Source of the DNA: [Eubacterium] saphenum
Lineage (GTDB): Bacteria; Bacillota; Clostridia; Peptostreptococcales; Anaerovoracaceae
Direction: 5' to 3'
Assembly: GCA_004555725.1 (NCBI GenBank)
Contig: SFHC01000012.1
Coordinates: 89-64,088, forward strand
Length of the DNA: 64,000 nt
Shown here in pieces: positions 63,168 through 64,000 of the stretch. The notes beneath the pieces were generated by a model. That model saw only the letters and a list, made by a program, of their open reading frames with translations, did not search any database and had not been told where the DNA came from. The number at the start of each line of letters is the position of its first letter. The first letter of the stretch is position 1. The position numbers were made by a program, and so were the translations under genes.

Positions 63168-63198
63168 TGTCAGTTTGTCTTTTGTCGTTTGTCTGACA
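63168..63198. promoter_or_regulatory. repeat-rich element TGTCAG-(GTTTGTC x3)-CTGACA upstream of the reductase/transketolase operon (candidate operator)
   Basis: Plus strand reads TGTCAGTTTGTCTTTTGTCGTTTGTCTGACA. It has terminal 6-bp inverted repeats and an inner palindrome TGTC-T-GACA (63190-63198). Located 52-82 nt upstream of ATG 63116. Confidence 0.3.
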
Positions 63199-63368
63199 TA
63201 TGATTTACCTATATTTTACTCACGTTTCAGAATAAATGCAACCGGAAATATTAAAATTTTTAGAAAAAAATAAGATAAACTTTCAACTATTGGGGAACAA
63301 AGCAAATGCCAGATAATCTGGAGAATGCAACTCCCTCCCTATGCTATGAGCACCTGGACCCACAATGT

Positions 63369-63402
63369 AAAAACCAACACCTGGAACAGCTTCCAAGTGT
63401 CG
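63369..63402 (-). terminator. rho-independent terminator of the 63471-63707 gene
   Basis: Minus strand reads CCGACACTTGGAA-GCTG-TTCCAGGTGTTGG, followed by TTTTT. Confidence 0.5.
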
Positions 63403-63470
63403 GTTCATGAACCGGTTCTATGTATAACCTGGTGACATCAATGTAAATTGTCCGTATGATTAATTTTCAC

Positions 63471-63707
63471 TTACTGATGGAAAATCTCCTTTGTGACAAA
63501 CTCGAGGATATCATCCGCGCTCGCCTCCGGTGAAGACTCGAGATAATCAATCAGTTTCTGCTGGTCATCACTGCGGATTTCCTGGCAAAGCGCTGCACCA
63601 AACTCATTACTCGCTCCCGGTACATTGAACAAAAGCGTCCGGAGACGCATCATCCGTTCATAGGCAGGATTAACCTGCTGCTTTTTACCAAAATGAAGGT
63701 GAAACAT
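63471..63707 (-). CDS. hypothetical small protein
   Basis: Start moved to ATG 63707 (MFHLHFGKKQQ; RBS GGAGG 9 nt upstream). 78 aa, acidic C-terminal half. No family recognised. Confidence 0.45.
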   Translation of the reverse strand: MFHLHFGKKQQVNPAYERMMRLRTLLFNVPGASNEFGAALCQEIRSDDQQKLIDYLESSPEASADDILEFVTKEIFHQ

Positions 63708-63946
63708 ACTCTTATTCCTCCCCATATGTCAATACTAATCGCTCCTGACTCATTCCCCTTTTCCCGGCTCCCCCGCTTCGGGGACACCATGATAAATACC
63801 ATTATAGCGATACAAAGGGAGAATGTACAGTTTCAGTCACGCCAACACGCGGGTCACACAAGAAACGTATGACTATCGATACAGAAATGTGGATACTGAG
63901 GAGTCGCAAAAACTCGAAAACTATCTATTATGAAAATGTCGCTCAA

Positions 63947-63985
63947 GCAAAATAAAGCCCTGGAACCATGTGATTCCAGGGCTTT
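63947..63985 (-). terminator. rho-independent terminator of a minus-strand gene lying beyond the right edge
   Basis: Stem AAAGCCCTGGAA / TTCCAGGGCTTT, followed on the minus strand by ATTTTGCTT. Confidence 0.45.
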
Positions 63986-64000
63986 ACCGAATGCGCAATG

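Noticed and set aside
60385-63203. Long antisense ORFs (60385..61326 at 313 aa and 62310..63203 at 297 aa; likewise 14797..15651, 10534..11466, 32386..33156 and 21208..21906)
   Set aside because: These are shadow ORFs opposite genes with clear family motifs. They have low-complexity or Cys/Arg-rich composition, no RBS and no recognisable domains.
63726-63946. 36-codon plus-strand ORF (MYSFSHANTRVTQETYDYRYRNVDTEESQKLENYLL)
   Set aside because: The GGGAGA sits only 1-2 nt from the ATG, the composition is not protein-like, and there is no supporting terminator arrangement for the plus strand.
1-64000. Mobile elements, prophage or defence islands
   Set aside because: I saw no integrase, transposase, recombinase, restriction-modification or Cas-like ORFs, no terminal inverted repeats flanking gene blocks, and no tRNA attachment sites. 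The WYL regulator and the secreted nuclease are isolated and have ordinary contexts.

Overview
Dense chromosomal segment, coded almost entirely on the minus strand. It looks like a Clostridia/Lachnospiraceae-type Firmicute, judged from Gram-positive style RBSs, lipoboxes and rho-independent terminators; the taxon is inference only. I support about 60 CDS, two riboswitches, one repeat array and a set of terminators. I saw no rRNA, tRNA, CRISPR array, transposase or integrase.

Blocks in order:
1. A TagF-type glycerophosphotransferase cut by the left edge, an ABC exporter and a secreted nuclease.
2. A lysine riboswitch driving an NhaC-family transporter, whose 3' UTR carries four GC-rich hairpin repeats.
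3. Housekeeping genes: WYL regulator, sstT, PBP5-type carboxypeptidase, ilvA, xpt, and an isolated fabD-fabG-fabZ trio.
4. A C_GCAxxG / DUF2064-GT2 / GT4 / SGNH operon.
5. A TVP38-YdjY pair, and FprA with a divergent Crp/Fnr regulator.
6. ddl - DUF819 - D-Ala-D-Ala dipeptidase.
7. A co-directional array of about 21 kb. It starts with a FecCD/FecE-type permease and ATPase, followed by eleven anaerobic cobalamin genes (cbiD F G H J ET A B, cobD, cbiP, cbiC). An internal promoter plus cobalamin riboswitch then drives four exported proteins.
8. A GntR-linked split-transketolase locus.

The most interesting candidate is the riboswitch-gated module at 35338-41790. It encodes a signal-peptide-bearing CbiK-type chelatase with intact active-site histidines, two secreted proteins built from repeated domains I cannot assign to a family (one NEAT-like in layout, with an invariant GHSxxRxxWYQH motif), a half substrate-binding protein fused to those domains, and a BtuF/FhuD-type lipoprotein. 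I read it as a possible Gram-positive cell-surface corrinoid (or related tetrapyrrole) capture system. That is inference and needs structure searches and binding tests.

Several ORF-track starts were moved to RBS-supported internal starts. Two long track ORFs have false N-terminal extensions that run over a riboswitch or an AT-rich leader.
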